A stretch of DNA of 64,000 nt, taken from contig CAVPRW010000037.1 of NCBI GenBank assembly GCA_963707985.1, positions 32,001 through 96,000 of the forward strand, in the 5' to 3' direction. The notes beneath the pieces were generated by a model. It ran no database searches. It was not told the origin of the DNA and worked only from the letters and a program-made list of their open reading frames with translations. The number at the start of each line of letters is the position of its first letter. Positions within the stretch are counted from its first letter, which is position 1. The DNA comes from an uncultured Nitrospinota bacterium. Lineage in GTDB: Bacteria > Tectomicrobia > Entotheonellia > J063 > CAVPRW01. A program made the position numbers and the translations under genes. This document shows, piece by piece, positions 1 through 11,747 of this stretch.

Positions 1-31
1 CAGCGACAGTGAGCCTGACGACGATGAACAA

Positions 32-1621
32 GTGGACATGGAAGAACTCTACCGGGAAAGCCTTGATCACATTCAAGAAGGTGAGATCATCAAGGGTCGG
101 ATTGTGCAGATCGAGCGTGATTCGGTCCTGGTCGATGTCGGCTACAAGTCTGAAGGTCTGATTCCTCTCAGCGAATTTAAGGAGGGAGCCAGGGACCTCA
201 AGGTCGGTGACGAGATCGATGTCCTCCTCGAGAGTAAGGAGGATAGTGAGGGTCTTGTCGTCCTCTCCAAAGAGAAGGCGAACAAGATCAAGGTGTGGGA
301 TGAAATCAGCCATGTCTATGATAGCGACGGTGTTGTCGACGGCGAAATCATTGGTCGGATCAAGGGTGGGCTGATGGTCGACATCGGACTGAAGGCCTTC
401 CTCCCTGGATCACAAGTCGACCTGCGTCCGGTCCGCAACCTTGACAAGCTGATCGGCCAACGCTTCCCGATGAAAATCATCAAACTCAATCGTCGCCGCG
501 GCAATATTGTGCTCTCGCGACGACTACTCCTGGAAAAAGAGCGGGAAAAAGCCAAGCAGGAAACGCTGGCAAACCTCCAGGAAGGGCAGGTGGTGGAGGG
601 TGTCGTCAAGAATATCACTGAATATGGCGCCTTCGTAGACTTGGGCGGCATTGATGGTTTACTCCATATCACGGATATGTCCTGGGGACGTACAGGCCAT
701 CCCTCAGAGTTGTTTGCCGTTGGAGACAAGATTAAGGTAATGGTGCTGAAATATGATCGGGACAACGAGCGCATTTCGCTCGGGTTGAAACAGATCACTC
801 CCGATCCTTGGAGCGAGGTTGACAAGAAGTATCCCGAAGGCACACAGGTGCGTGGGAAAGTCGTCAGTATCACCGATTATGGAGCCTTTGTGGAGTTGGA
901 ACAGGGGGTGGAGGGCTTGGTCCACGTGTCGCAGATGTCGTGGACGAAGCGCGTCAAGCATCCCTCGAAGATCGTCAATATCGGGGATATGGTCGAGGCC
1001 ATCGTCTTGAGCGTCGACAAGGAGAAAAAGCGCATTTCCCTTGGCATGAAGCAGATGGAACCCAGCCCGTGGGCCACCGCTGACGAACGCTATCCGGTTG
1101 GCACCATCGTCGAGGGCAAAGTGCGCAATCTGACGGACTTCGGCGCCTTCGTGACGCTAGAAGAGGGCATTGATGGGTTGATCCACATTTCCGACCTCTC
1201 CTGGAGCCAACGTGTCCGGCACCCTTCCGACATCTTGAAGAAAGGTCAAAAGATCACAGCAAAGGTCCTCAGCATTGATAAAGAGAACGAGCGCCTCTCC
1301 CTCGGTATCAAACAGATGACCCCCGATCCTTGGGAAGGTGTAGCTGTGAAATATCATGTAGGGGAAAATGTTCAAGGGCGTGTGGTGAAGCTCACGAACT
1401 TTGGTGCCTTCGTGGAACTCGAGGAGGGGGTTGAAGGGCTGATTCATATCTCTGAACTGAGTCGCGATCGCGTGGCCAACCCCGCCGATGTCGTCCAGGT
1501 TGACCAGGAAGTTTGGGTCAAAATTCTCAAAGTCGATCCTGAAGGACGCAAGATCGGCCTGAGTCTCAAAGCCTTCCAGGAGGAAGAAGGAGAACCGGCC
1601 ATAATTGAAGACAATGCCTAA
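32..1621 (+). CDS. rpsA: 30S ribosomal protein S1 (frame open to the window edge, so the true start may be upstream)
   Basis: Tandem S1 repeats (YGAFVDLGGIDGLLHITDMSW, FGAFVELEEGVEGLIHISEL). Confidence 0.97.
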   Translation: MDMEELYRESLDHIQEGEIIKGRIVQIERDSVLVDVGYKSEGLIPLSEFKEGARDLKVGDEIDVLLESKEDSEGLVVLSKEKANKIKVWDEISHVYDSDGVVDGEIIGRIKGGLMVDIGLKAFLPGSQVDLRPVRNLDKLIGQRFPMKIIKLNRRRGNIVLSRRLLLEKEREKAKQETLANLQEGQVVEGVVKNITEYGAFVDLGGIDGLLHITDMSWGRTGHPSELFAVGDKIKVMVLKYDRDNERISLGLKQITPDPWSEVDKKYPEGTQVRGKVVSITDYGAFVELEQGVEGLVHVSQMSWTKRVKHPSKIVNIGDMVEAIVLSVDKEKKRISLGMKQMEPSPWATADERYPVGTIVEGKVRNLTDFGAFVTLEEGIDGLIHISDLSWSQRVRHPSDILKKGQKITAKVLSIDKENERLSLGIKQMTPDPWEGVAVKYHVGENVQGRVVKLTNFGAFVELEEGVEGLIHISELSRDRVANPADVVQVDQEVWVKILKVDPEGRKIGLSLKAFQEEEGEPAIIEDNA

Positions 1622-1676
1622 AACCATGCACTGCTGGCGACAGGGCGCGACGTCTTGACAGGCAGGAGAGTTAGTC

Positions 1677-2579
1677 ATGCAGTCCAGCCGGCATCCGTGG
1701 TTGTGGGGCATAGTCGGTACAGCTGTGATGCTTGCTGCCTTCTTTCTGGTAGTGATCCTTATTACGGTGCTCTTGAGAGACGACGATGGGATTACGGATC
1801 GGGGGAGGACGATAGGTATCGTTGCGATTGAAGGAGTCATCTCGAGCGAGCTCACTGAGCGCACGGTGCGACAGCTGACCAAGTATGGGGATGATACCTC
1901 AATCAAGGCTATCATTCTGAGGATCGATAGTCCAGGGGGTGGGGTAGCATCATCGCAGGAGATCTATGAAGAGGTTAGACGGGTTCGGTCGGCAGGGAAG
2001 CTCGTGGTTGCCTCGATGGGAAGCGTTGCGGCCTCTGGAGGCTACTATGTGGCCTGTGTGGCAGATCGTATCTTTGCCAATGCCGGAACCATAACCGGGA
2101 GTATCGGGGTCATCGTGCAGCTCGCAAACGTCTCGGAACTCTTGCACAAAATTGGTATCGAATCGACAGTCATCACAAGCGGGCCCTACAAGGATAGTGG
2201 CAATCCAACGCGTACTTTGCGCCCAGAGGAACGACAGGTCTTTCAAGCACTTGTTGATGATGTCTATCAGCAGTTTATTGAAGCTGTGGCGCAGGGGCGG
2301 AATTTGCCCTTGGATGAGGTCCGTCATGCCGCTGATGGACGTATTTACACTGGTCGGCAGGCGAAAGATCTGCGTCTCATCGATGAACTTGGAAGCTTGC
2401 ATGATGCGATCCGGTATGCTGCCTCGACGATCGGGATCGTTGGTAAGCCGAGGCTTGTTCAAGAAAGTAAAGAACGATTTTGGTGGCTGCGGTTTTTTTT
2501 CGAGAGCCTAACTGATGCATTGGTGTGGGCCCCCTTTTCGAAGGTGGAGGCCGTGCTACAGTATCGTTGGCCATACTAA
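1677..2579 (+). CDS. sppA: Signal peptide peptidase SppA (S49)
   Basis: N-terminal TM; LRIDSPGG, SMGSVAASGGYY, TGSIGV motifs; rpsA-sppA-ihfB order. Confidence 0.95.
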   Translation: MQSSRHPWLWGIVGTAVMLAAFFLVVILITVLLRDDDGITDRGRTIGIVAIEGVISSELTERTVRQLTKYGDDTSIKAIILRIDSPGGGVASSQEIYEEVRRVRSAGKLVVASMGSVAASGGYYVACVADRIFANAGTITGSIGVIVQLANVSELLHKIGIESTVITSGPYKDSGNPTRTLRPEERQVFQALVDDVYQQFIEAVAQGRNLPLDEVRHAADGRIYTGRQAKDLRLIDELGSLHDAIRYAASTIGIVGKPRLVQESKERFWWLRFFFESLTDALVWAPFSKVEAVLQYRWPY

Positions 2580-2620
2580 CAGCATCGTAAGTAACCTGGC
2601 GTAACGGAGGAGAAGCTCTC

Positions 2621-2896
2621 ATGACCAAAGCTGATCTCGTCGAACGCGTATCGGAGCGAATTAAATTAACGAAAAAGCAAACCGAGTTGATTGTCAATAC
2701 GTTGTTCACCAGCATCACCGATGCCCTCACCCAGGGAGACAAAGTGGAATTGCGAGGCTTTGGGAGCTTCCGTGTGAGACAGCGCCACTCACGGGATGGC
2801 AGGAACCCCAAAACAGGTCAGGGTGTCCATATTCCCCCCAAAAGGGTTCCCTTTTTCAAAGCTGGCAAAGAATTGCGCGAGATGGTGGACAATTAA
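2621..2896 (+). CDS. ihfB: Integration host factor beta / HU family
   Basis: MTKADL, VELRGFGSF, GRNPKTG, PFFKAGKELRE motifs. Confidence 0.9.
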   Translation: MTKADLVERVSERIKLTKKQTELIVNTLFTSITDALTQGDKVELRGFGSFRVRQRHSRDGRNPKTGQGVHIPPKRVPFFKAGKELREMVDN

Positions 2897-3424
2897 TGCC
2901 CGTGTAGGAGGCCGCTTTGGCCAAGTGAGCACCTTGTGAGATAATCACGCGAGGGTGGCCGCGTACATACCGAACTCCCCCAGAGCCTCGGCGCCTTTCT
3001 CGACCTCTGATGTTGCAGGTGATCGTCAGGAGCTTCAACTCTCGTCTATACCTGCTCACGCGTGTCGTGAACGATATGCTAGTTGTGCTAACGACCTGAT
3101 ATGTGGTCAAACTGGGTACGAGGTATCCATAACCTGTCTGGCTTGCGGCTTCATCCCCAGCCTCTATTCCACCGTAGTATTTAGGTGGTGGTCAGCATGC
3201 AATCACTCCTCCACGCCATCTTCTCCCTGCATTCCCCATCGCTGCAGAGTTCGGGGCCGGTATGCTACGCCGATCAGGAGAGGTGATCTCTCGCGGAGGC
3301 CACTGAGAGAACCCGGCGTTAGATTGCATGGAGCCGGAGGCCATTCCTCCCACTCAGCGTGCTGTGGACAGGGTTAGATACTTGTTGCTGTATACGTACG
3401 AGATTATCTTATGGAGAGTATATC

Positions 3425-4753
3425 ATGTCCGAAGTCATCCAACAGGATTGGGCCGACACACTTGCCTGTAAAATTCGTGAGCGAAACGTGCGTGTTGGCG
3501 TGATTGGACTGGGATATGTCGGCCTGTCCCTTGCCGTTGAATTTGCGAAATCTGGATTACAGGTGACCGGTATCGAAATCGATGCTGAGAAAGTCACTCG
3601 CCTCCGCTCAGGTGAGAGCTATGTGCAGGACGTCAAGCCTTACGAGGTGAAAGGATTAATCGCTGACAAGAAACTGTTGGTGGTGGATAGTTTCGACCGA
3701 CTCAGTGAGCTTGATGCAGTCAGCATTTGCGTTCCAACGCCTCTGGGCAAGACAAAGGATCCAGACATTTCATACATCGCCGCAGCAACGAAGGAAATTG
3801 TTGCGCACCTTCATCCCGGTCAACTGATCGTCCTTGAAAGCACGACCTATCCCGGGACAACTGACGAAGTGATTCTTCCAGAATTGCAGAAAACTGGCCT
3901 CCAGGTAGGTCAGGAGTTCTTTCTGGCTTTTTCTCCGGAGCGTATTGATCCCGGTAATGCCCAATACACCACTCACAATACCCCGAAGATCATCGGTGGC
4001 GTGACGGGGCGATGTGCGCAGGTGGCAAAGTCCCTATATGAGGTGGCAATTAACCGGGTTGTGCTTGTCAGTTCTGCACGTAGCGCCGAAATGGTTAAGC
4101 TGCTTGAGAATACCTTTCGGGCCGTCAACATCGGTTTGGTTAACGAAGTGGCTCTGATGTGCGACCGGTTGGGGATCAATGTGTGGGAGGTCATTGAGGC
4201 CGCCGCCACAAAACCGTTCGGTTTTATGCCATTTTATCCAGGCCCCGGACTAGGGGGGCATTGCATCCCTGTAGACCCGTACTATCTGGCCTGGAAACTC
4301 AAGACTCTCGACTATAAGGCCCGTTTTATTGAGCTCGCAGCTGAAATCAATACTAGTATGCCTTGGCATGTTGTGTCGAAAGTAGTTGATGCGCTCAACG
4401 AACAATGCAAGAGTGTCAATGGCTCGAATATTTTGGTGTTAGGAGTCACCTATAAACGCAACACGAACGACTTGCGAGAATCTCCTGCTCTTGATATCAT
4501 AAGGATTTTGCAGGGAAAGGGAGCTACTGTTAACTTCTATGATGCCTATGCGGCCGATCTACCCAGTTTGGATGGTGCTATTCATGTCTCTCTTGAGAAG
4601 GAACTTCTTCAGGCCACTGACTGCGTGATTATCGCGACGGATCACAGCAACGTGAATTATGAATGGGTGATGGCCCATACGTCGTTGATAGTCGATACGC
4701 GTAACGTAGCGAAGCATACTAGCACTAGTCGTGCTAAAGTGATCAAATTATAG
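3425..4753 (+). CDS. Nucleotide-sugar dehydrogenase (UDP-GlcNAc 6-dehydrogenase-like)
   Basis: GLGYVG, ICVPTP, LESTTYPGTT, FSPERIDPG, GPGLGGHCIPVDP; ATG 3425 follows GGAG. Confidence 0.93.
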   Translation: MSEVIQQDWADTLACKIRERNVRVGVIGLGYVGLSLAVEFAKSGLQVTGIEIDAEKVTRLRSGESYVQDVKPYEVKGLIADKKLLVVDSFDRLSELDAVSICVPTPLGKTKDPDISYIAAATKEIVAHLHPGQLIVLESTTYPGTTDEVILPELQKTGLQVGQEFFLAFSPERIDPGNAQYTTHNTPKIIGGVTGRCAQVAKSLYEVAINRVVLVSSARSAEMVKLLENTFRAVNIGLVNEVALMCDRLGINVWEVIEAAATKPFGFMPFYPGPGLGGHCIPVDPYYLAWKLKTLDYKARFIELAAEINTSMPWHVVSKVVDALNEQCKSVNGSNILVLGVTYKRNTNDLRESPALDIIRILQGKGATVNFYDAYAADLPSLDGAIHVSLEKELLQATDCVIIATDHSNVNYEWVMAHTSLIVDTRNVAKHTSTSRAKVIKL

Positions 4754-4890
4754 CGTCGGCTGCGGCGTGTGCATCGGGCGGATCGGAAAGACTGGCGGTT
4801 GGTCGTCGACTCTGCCTCCTGCAGAGTAGCCGTCGGTTTGTTGCCGTCCCTGGGCAGTCACGAGATCCTGTTTGCTGAGGAATTTGTATT

Positions 4891-5856
4891 ATGGCCATGA
4901 GTGTGCTAGTCACAGGGGGTGGTGGGTTTATCGGCTCCCACCTTGTGGAGGCTCTCCTGCAGCGAGGTGCGTCGGTCCGAGCGCTGGATAATTTGACTAC
5001 TGGGCATCGGACCAACCTCGTTGGCGCGCTGGCGCATCCCGAAGCTCAGAAGACTTTCACCTTCATCGATGGCGATGTGACTGACCGCAAAACGGTTCGG
5101 GAGGCGATCGAAGGGGTGGACTACGTCTTGCATCAAGCGGCACTCCCCTCCGTGCAGCGTTCGGTGGAAGATCCGATTACGTCCAATCAGGTCAACGTCG
5201 TAGGTACATTGAACGTCCTAATGGCAGCCCAGGAGGCTGGGGTAAGACGGGTAATATATGCCTCTTCCTCCTCAGTATATGGCGATTCTCCCCAGTTACC
5301 GAAGATTGAGTCCATGCCGACGAATCCCTTATCGCCATACGCCGTTTCAAAACTGGCGGCAGAGGCCTATTGTCGGGCATTTACGCGGGTCTATGGCTTA
5401 GAAACCATATCACTACGCTACTTCAATGTGTTTGGGCCACGCCAAGACCCGAATTCTCTCTATGCAGCTGTGCTACCCCGCTTCATCGAGGCACTCCTCA
5501 GCCAGAAGCCACCAGTGATTTATGGTGATGGTGTACAATCGCGCGATTTTACCTATATTGAGAATGTCGTCCAGGCGAATCTCCTAGCTCTTGACGCCGC
5601 GGGGGCCAGCGGCGAAGCTTTCAACATTGCCTGCGGTGAAAGTGTCACCCTCAAAGCGGTGCTGGAATGCTTAGCTGAGTTCTCGAACCAAGTGGTGGCG
5701 CCCGAGTATCAAGCCCCACGGGCAGGCGATATCAAGCATTCTCTGGCTGATATCTCAAAGGCCGAACGGATGCTTGGTTATCGCCCGGTCATCCCCTTTC
5801 GCGAGGGCCTGAAGCGGACATTGGAATTTTTTCGCCAGAGGAGAGCATCCCGATGA
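4891..5856 (+). CDS. NAD-dependent epimerase/dehydratase (WbpP-like SDR)
   Basis: TGGGGFIGS, YAVSK catalytic motif, RYFNVFGPRQDP. Confidence 0.92.
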   Translation: MAMSVLVTGGGGFIGSHLVEALLQRGASVRALDNLTTGHRTNLVGALAHPEAQKTFTFIDGDVTDRKTVREAIEGVDYVLHQAALPSVQRSVEDPITSNQVNVVGTLNVLMAAQEAGVRRVIYASSSSVYGDSPQLPKIESMPTNPLSPYAVSKLAAEAYCRAFTRVYGLETISLRYFNVFGPRQDPNSLYAAVLPRFIEALLSQKPPVIYGDGVQSRDFTYIENVVQANLLALDAAGASGEAFNIACGESVTLKAVLECLAEFSNQVVAPEYQAPRAGDIKHSLADISKAERMLGYRPVIPFREGLKRTLEFFRQRRASR

Positions 5857-7166
5857 ATATCTGCGTTATCGGCTGTGGCTACGTGGGGCTGGTTACTGGG
5901 GCAGTTTTTGCTGATCTCGGCAATGAAGTGGTCTGCGTCGATGTGTTGGAGGAACGGATCACCCAATTGAAAAATGGCATCATGCCCATCTACGAACCGG
6001 GACTGCAGGAGATGGTACAGCGCAATCTTACCGATCGCCGTATCTCCTTTAGCACCAGCCTTGAGGGGGGCATGGATAAGGCTGAAATCATCTTTATCTG
6101 CGTTGGCACCCCTCCGAAAGAAAACGGTGAGACGGACCTCTCTCAGATCGAAGCCGCCGCTCGTGGCATTGCCCGTTATCTGCGGCGGTACACTGTCATC
6201 GTGAATAAGAGCACTGTTCCCGTGGGTACCGGCGATCTAGTACGCGAGATCATTGAGCAGAATCGGCGTCGCGATGTGGATTTCGACGTGGTCTCGAATC
6301 CCGAGTTCCTGCGAGAAGGCTCTGCCGTGCAGGATGCGCTCACTCCTGATCGTATCGTCATCGGAGCGCCAAGTAAGCATGTGGCGATGAAGCTCCTCGA
6401 ACTGTACGCCACCCTTGGACGCCCAATGTTGATCACCGACGTCCACAGTGCGGAAATGATTAAGTACGCCTCAAATGCCTTCCTGGCCACAAAAATCTCT
6501 TTCATCAACGCCATCGCTAATATTTGTGAGTCATGCGGTGCAAACGTTGACGACGTCGCTCGTGGCATGGGTTTCGATCCGCGCATCTCGCCAGACTTTC
6601 TCAGTGCAGGCCTCGGTTTCGGTGGATCATGCTTCCCCAAGGATGTCGAGTCCTTAATCCATACAGCATCGCGATTCGGCTCGGAATTCACCCTCCTCAA
6701 ATCAGTCCTGGACATTAACCGCGAGCGTGTTGAGCATTTCGTTGATATTATCCGCCAGGGACTTGGTGACCTCGAGGGGAAGACTATCGGCATTTTGGGC
6801 TTAGCGTTCAAAGCTAACACCGACGACATGCGCGAGGCAAAGTCGATCGAGATCATTAGTAAACTGCTGAGTGCCGGTGCCCATCTCAAAGCATACGACC
6901 CTGCTGCGACCGAAAACGCGAGGCGGATGTTCCCCGACATTACATACTGCCAGAGCGCCTATCAAACTGCCGAAGAGTCTGATGCTCTGGTCATTGTTAC
7001 TGAATGGCGTGAGTTTAAGCTCCTCGACATGGAAAAATTGCGCAAGTTGATGAAGCGGCCTCTGATCTTCGACGGTCGCAATATCTACCATGTTGAGCGT
7101 ATGATGACAGTAGGATTTGACTACTTTAGTATCGGTCGTCCCGGACGGAAGCCACTGCCAGGCTAG
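5853..7166 (+). CDS. ugd: UDP-glucose 6-dehydrogenase
   Basis: GCGYVG, KSTVPVGT, SNPEFLREG, GFGGSCFPKD. Confidence 0.93.
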   Translation: MNICVIGCGYVGLVTGAVFADLGNEVVCVDVLEERITQLKNGIMPIYEPGLQEMVQRNLTDRRISFSTSLEGGMDKAEIIFICVGTPPKENGETDLSQIEAAARGIARYLRRYTVIVNKSTVPVGTGDLVREIIEQNRRRDVDFDVVSNPEFLREGSAVQDALTPDRIVIGAPSKHVAMKLLELYATLGRPMLITDVHSAEMIKYASNAFLATKISFINAIANICESCGANVDDVARGMGFDPRISPDFLSAGLGFGGSCFPKDVESLIHTASRFGSEFTLLKSVLDINRERVEHFVDIIRQGLGDLEGKTIGILGLAFKANTDDMREAKSIEIISKLLSAGAHLKAYDPAATENARRMFPDITYCQSAYQTAEESDALVIVTEWREFKLLDMEKLRKLMKRPLIFDGRNIYHVERMMTVGFDYFSIGRPGRKPLPG

Positions 7167-7256
7167 GGTGACCAGGCGCAGCGTCAGTGCGGGACGGTGA
7201 GGCTCGATTGGCTGCACAAGCACGCTGACGAGATCGAGAAACAAGAGGATACTAAC

Positions 7257-8189
7257 ATGCCACGCACGCTCATCACCGGGGGAGCTGGGTTCATCGGGTC
7301 TCACTTATGCGATTACTTCCTGAGCCTCGGCCACGAAGTCATCTGCATGGATAACCTGCTGACCGGTGATAGCTCGAACATCGCCCACATTCGGAATCAA
7401 AACTTTCTCTTCATCAAGCATGATGTGACCAACTACATATACGTGGAGGGGAAACTCGATTATCTGCTCCACTTCGCTTCCCCGGCCAGCCCTATCGATT
7501 ATGAGAAATTGCCGATCCAAACGCTGAAGGTCGGTTCATTGGGTACCCATAAGGCCCTGGGCCTTGCCAAGGAAAAGAACGCAACAATTCTCCTGGCATC
7601 GACCTCTGAGGTATATGGCGACCCCATGGTGCATCCACAATCCGAAGAATATTGGGGGAACGTCAATCCCATCGGTCCCCGTGGCGTCTACGATGAAGCC
7701 AAGCGCTTCGCTGAGGCGATGACCATGGCGTACCATCGTTTTCATGGGGTCGATACGCGGATTATTCGCATTTTCAATACTTACGGTCCACGCATGCGGC
7801 TGGAAGATGGCCGGGCTATCCCCAGCTTCATCACCCAGGCACTACGTGGCGAGGACATTTCGGTCTTTGGCGATGGGTCCCAGACACGTAGCTTCTGCTA
7901 TGTTTCCGACCTTGTCGAGGGTATCTACCGCGTTCTGATGTCCGGAGAGACGCGCCCGGTCAATCTCGGCAACCCCCAAGAATTGACTATCCTCGAGTTG
8001 GCTAAGGCGATCGTTCGTCTCACCGGAAGTCGAAGCAATATCATCTATACCCCACTTCCCCAAGATGACCCCAAGAGACGTCAACCTGAGATTAGTCGCG
8101 CCAGGGAGCTGTGTGGCTGGGAGCCTAAGGTAGAGTTTACCGCCGGGCTCAGTGAAACGATCGCTTATTTTCGCGACAAGTTGGCATAG
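7257..8189 (+). CDS. UDP-glucuronic acid decarboxylase (UXS family)
   Basis: [43 protein letters not shown]. Confidence 0.93.
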   Translation: MPRTLITGGAGFIGSHLCDYFLSLGHEVICMDNLLTGDSSNIAHIRNQNFLFIKHDVTNYIYVEGKLDYLLHFASPASPIDYEKLPIQTLKVGSLGTHKALGLAKEKNATILLASTSEVYGDPMVHPQSEEYWGNVNPIGPRGVYDEAKRFAEAMTMAYHRFHGVDTRIIRIFNTYGPRMRLEDGRAIPSFITQALRGEDISVFGDGSQTRSFCYVSDLVEGIYRVLMSGETRPVNLGNPQELTILELAKAIVRLTGSRSNIIYTPLPQDDPKRRQPEISRARELCGWEPKVEFTAGLSETIAYFRDKLA

Positions 8190-8247
8190 TCGGTGCCGGC
8201 CTACGGCAGGCTCATTCATTGAGCTGACTCCAGGATTATTGACGTCA

Positions 8248-8949
8248 ATGACAAGCTACCCGCGCGCCATTAAAGAATGGCCAGAGGATGAGCGACCCCG
8301 TGAGCGGCTCATGAAACTTGGGGCCGACGCGTTGTCTGAAGCCCAACTCCTGGCTATCGTATTGGCAACTGGAGAGGCTTCTTCAGGACAAAGCGCACTC
8401 GACCTTGCATTGCACCTGGTACATGTTTTCGATGGATTACGCGCGATCGAGGCTGCGAGCATCACCGAGCTATGCCAGATTAAGGGAATTGGACCAGCGA
8501 AAGCAACCTCCATTAAGGCAGCCTTAGAGCTTGGGAAACGGTTGTCAGGGGAACCTACCCAACGGCATTTAAAGATCACTTCCCCCCAAGATCTAGTCAA
8601 CTACTTCCAGCCGCGCCTGCAGCACTTGCGCAAAGAGGTCTTCAAGGCTGTGCTCCTGAACACCAAACATCAGATGCTCAAAGATGTCACAGTCTCTGAG
8701 GGGACATTGTCCGCCAGCCTCGTTCATCCACGCGAAGCGTTTCTGCCGGCCATCAAGGAATCGGCAGCAGCGGTGATCTTCCTCCATAACCACCCGAGTG
8801 GTGATCCGACACCGAGTCCTGAAGACAAGGAGCTTACCCTCCGCCTGGCCGAAGTAGGTCTACTAGTCGGCATTAGTGTATTAGACCACATTATTATCGG
8901 CTCGGGGTCTCCTGGGTACATTAGCTTTCGCGACGCGGGATTGCTCTGA
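8248..8949 (+). CDS. radC: RadC family JAB-domain protein
   Basis: IKEWPEDERPRERL, GIGPAKA, VHPRE, HNHPSGDP, LDHIIIG. Confidence 0.95.
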   Translation: MTSYPRAIKEWPEDERPRERLMKLGADALSEAQLLAIVLATGEASSGQSALDLALHLVHVFDGLRAIEAASITELCQIKGIGPAKATSIKAALELGKRLSGEPTQRHLKITSPQDLVNYFQPRLQHLRKEVFKAVLLNTKHQMLKDVTVSEGTLSASLVHPREAFLPAIKESAAAVIFLHNHPSGDPTPSPEDKELTLRLAEVGLLVGISVLDHIIIGSGSPGYISFRDAGLL

Positions 8950-9770
8950 TGATAGACACTATGGCAAACGATGCGGCTAGCCGCTTGGAAGTGGTGTCAT
9001 TGCGCGTGTGCATTCTGGGTAGTGGAAGCAAAGGCAACTGTACGTACATTGAGTCCCCGGATGCACGTATCCTCATCGATGCGGGATTGAGTGCTCGGGA
9101 AATCGACCGCCGTCTCAGGCAGATTGACCGCTGTCCTACAGCATTAGATGGAGTGCTGATCTCCCATGAGCATAGTGACCACATCCGGGGCGTAGGTTCA
9201 TTGGCGCGGCGCTACAACCTCCCGGTCTATGCGAATCCTGGCACATGGCAGAAGGCACAACACGTCGTGGGCAAGGTGGACGACTGGCGCAAATTTTCGA
9301 CGGGGAGTCAGTTTGCGCTCAAAGATCTGCTGATCGAACCTTTTTCTCTGCCCCATGATGCCGACGACCCTGTAGCGTTCCGACTTACCTGGCGCCGGAG
9401 GTCGATAGCTGTCGTGACGGATCTGGGATATTCTAGTCAACTCGTGCGCGAGCGGCTCAGAGGATGCCATCTCCTTGTACTTGAGGCCAACCACGATGAT
9501 GCCATGTTGAAAGCGGGCCCCTATCCGTGGCCGCTGAAGCAGCGCATTGGAGGCAAATCAGGCCATTTATCGAATCTCCAATCGAGCCAGTTGCTACGGG
9601 ACGTTTTGCATGACGAGTTGGAGCATGTTGTGTTAGCACATCTGAGCGAAATCAACAATCACCCAGACCTCGCTCGGCAGACTGTCCAAGAGATCTTGGG
9701 TTCCCGAGGCGCGCAGCTATGCGTTGCGTCGCAGCGGGAAGTATCAACATGGTTCCTTTTGCCCGACTAA
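8949..9770 (+). CDS. MBL-fold metallo-hydrolase (YycJ/WalJ-like)
   Basis: GSGSKGN, SHEHSDH, HDA, TDLG, EANHD, GHLSN. Confidence 0.9.
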   Translation: MIDTMANDAASRLEVVSLRVCILGSGSKGNCTYIESPDARILIDAGLSAREIDRRLRQIDRCPTALDGVLISHEHSDHIRGVGSLARRYNLPVYANPGTWQKAQHVVGKVDDWRKFSTGSQFALKDLLIEPFSLPHDADDPVAFRLTWRRRSIAVVTDLGYSSQLVRERLRGCHLLVLEANHDDAMLKAGPYPWPLKQRIGGKSGHLSNLQSSQLLRDVLHDELEHVVLAHLSEINNHPDLARQTVQEILGSRGAQLCVASQREVSTWFLLPD

Positions 9771-9832
9771 CGGTTGGGAACTTCGTGAATCTTGGTACAG
9801 ATGAAGACCCACTGCTCCGTAAGCTGTGAGGA

Positions 9833-11233
9833 TTGATCATGGCGGATGATCTTGGTGAAAAGTGTGGATTATTCGGTATCTATCATCACCCGGAAGCCGC
9901 CAAGCTCACCTACCTTGGGCTCTACGCCTTACAGCACCGAGGTCAGGAGAGCTCTGGCATTGTATCCTCGGACGGCAATACACTCCATGCTGAGATTGGC
10001 ATGGGATTGGTTGCAGACGTTTTTAATGAACGCCGTCTGGCGAAGCTACCAGGGCATATGGCGATCGGGCATAATCGCTACTCGACAACGGGTTCTAGCC
10101 TTCTGCGTAATGCGCAACCCATGGTCATTAGTTATGCGGGAGGCTCGCTGGCTATCGCACATAATGGTAATCTGGTTAATGCGTTGGAGATTCGCAGAGA
10201 TTTAGAGCAGCAAGGCGCCATTTTTCGCTCAACGACCGACACCGAGGTGATCGTCCACCTGATCGCGAGATCTGCTGAGACCAAGCTGGCAGACCAGGTT
10301 GTGGACGCGCTGCTAAAGGTCCAAGGAGCCTATTCGTTGCTCCTCATGACCGAGAAAGAGTTGATCGGTGTACGTGACTCTTTTGGGTTTAGGCCGTTAG
10401 TCGTTGGCCGTTTAGCGGATGAGACGTACATTCTGTCCTCGGAGACATGTGCCTTAGACCTCATCGAGGCGGAGTATGTCCGGGACGTCGAGCCCGGTGA
10501 AATGGTGGTGATTCGCGACGATGGTATTGAATTCTTTCGTCCCTTTCCTCTAACACGTCAGGCCTTTTGCATTTTCGAGTTTATTTACTTTGCTCGACCC
10601 GACAGCATCATCTTCGAGAAAAATGTCTACCCAATCCGCAAGGCGCTCGGCAGGCAGCTTGCCCGCGAAGCATACGTGGAAGCCGATGTCGTAGTACCAG
10701 TACCAGATTCAGGTGTACCTGCAGCACTAGGATTTGCAGAGGAAACACAAATTCCATTCGAGATGGGACTCATTCGCAATCATTATGTAGGCCGGACCTT
10801 CATAGAGCCTCAGCAGTCCATACGTCATTTTGGCGCTAAGGTCAAATTAAATCCGGTTAAACAGTTCCTCCGTGGTAAGCGTGTGGTCGTGGTAGATGAC
10901 TCGATCGTACGCGGGACGACAGGTCAGAAAATCGTCAGCATGCTCAAGAACGCAGGGGCTAAAGAGGTTCATGTACGAATCAGCTCTCCTCCCACCATTA
11001 GCCCCTGCTTTTATGGGATTGACACCCCATCAAAACGTGAGCTGATTGCAGCCAACCAATCGGTAGAAGAGACTCGAGACTTCTTAGGGGCGGATAGTCT
11101 CGCCTATTTAAGTCTCCAGGGGCTCTTGCAGACCGTCTCACCTGATGGACATCGCTTCTGCACTGCGTGTTTCACAGGAGAATACCCGGCGGGATCGCCA
11201 TCAGAAGATCTGCTTCAGCTGGAGCTGTTCTAA
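9833..11233 (+). CDS. purF: Amidophosphoribosyltransferase
   Basis: CGLFG N-terminal nucleophile, [20 protein letters not shown], Fe-S cysteines FCTACF. Confidence 0.97.
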   Translation: MIMADDLGEKCGLFGIYHHPEAAKLTYLGLYALQHRGQESSGIVSSDGNTLHAEIGMGLVADVFNERRLAKLPGHMAIGHNRYSTTGSSLLRNAQPMVISYAGGSLAIAHNGNLVNALEIRRDLEQQGAIFRSTTDTEVIVHLIARSAETKLADQVVDALLKVQGAYSLLLMTEKELIGVRDSFGFRPLVVGRLADETYILSSETCALDLIEAEYVRDVEPGEMVVIRDDGIEFFRPFPLTRQAFCIFEFIYFARPDSIIFEKNVYPIRKALGRQLAREAYVEADVVVPVPDSGVPAALGFAEETQIPFEMGLIRNHYVGRTFIEPQQSIRHFGAKVKLNPVKQFLRGKRVVVVDDSIVRGTTGQKIVSMLKNAGAKEVHVRISSPPTISPCFYGIDTPSKRELIAANQSVEETRDFLGADSLAYLSLQGLLQTVSPDGHRFCTACFTGEYPAGSPSEDLLQLELF

Positions 11234-11589
11234 AGGGTCGCGCTCTCTTTCTCCAGCTCACTCTGGCATTGCACACAGTAGCGCGTAAAAGGCAGGAGTT
11301 CAAGACGTTTGACCGGGATGGTCTCCTCACAGCGCTCACACACGCCGTAGGTACCCTCGTCAATCTTCGCCAGCGCCTCTTCGACTAATCGGAGCTTGGT
11401 GCGTTCATTTTCCCCCAACCCCATGAGAACTTCTTTGGAATATGAATAGGCGGCGACATCTCCACTATCCGGGATGCCGTCTTCTCCTACTTCTTTGCTG
11501 TAGAGTTTGCTTTTTTCCACCTGGCCGAGAAGATCCCGACGCATTTCCAAGAGTTTCCGTTTGAAAACTTCCACATCCTGTGCTTTCAC
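11230..11589 (-). CDS. TraR/DksA C4 zinc-finger protein
   Basis: [35 protein letters not shown] coiled-coil tip; GTG start after GAAGGAGG. Confidence 0.88.
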   Translation of the reverse strand: MKAQDVEVFKRKLLEMRRDLLGQVEKSKLYSKEVGEDGIPDSGDVAAYSYSKEVLMGLGENERTKLRLVEEALAKIDEGTYGVCERCEETIPVKRLELLPFTRYCVQCQSELEKESATL

Positions 11590-11747
11590 GTAACATCCTC
11601 CTTCATTCGCGTGAGTGGGGCAGTTGTGTGCACGCTGCGGAAGCACCCCTCAGGCACGCTATGCACCCCAGGTCCACCCGTCCTAACCCGCTATTGGAAG
11701 GCCCTCCTTCCCTCAATGGAACACCGGAGGGAAGGGGATGGAGACGT

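Noticed and set aside
2897..3424. ORF 2955-3377 or an ncRNA between ihfB and the sugar genes
   Set aside because: The translation is not protein-like and no RNA motif was recognised.
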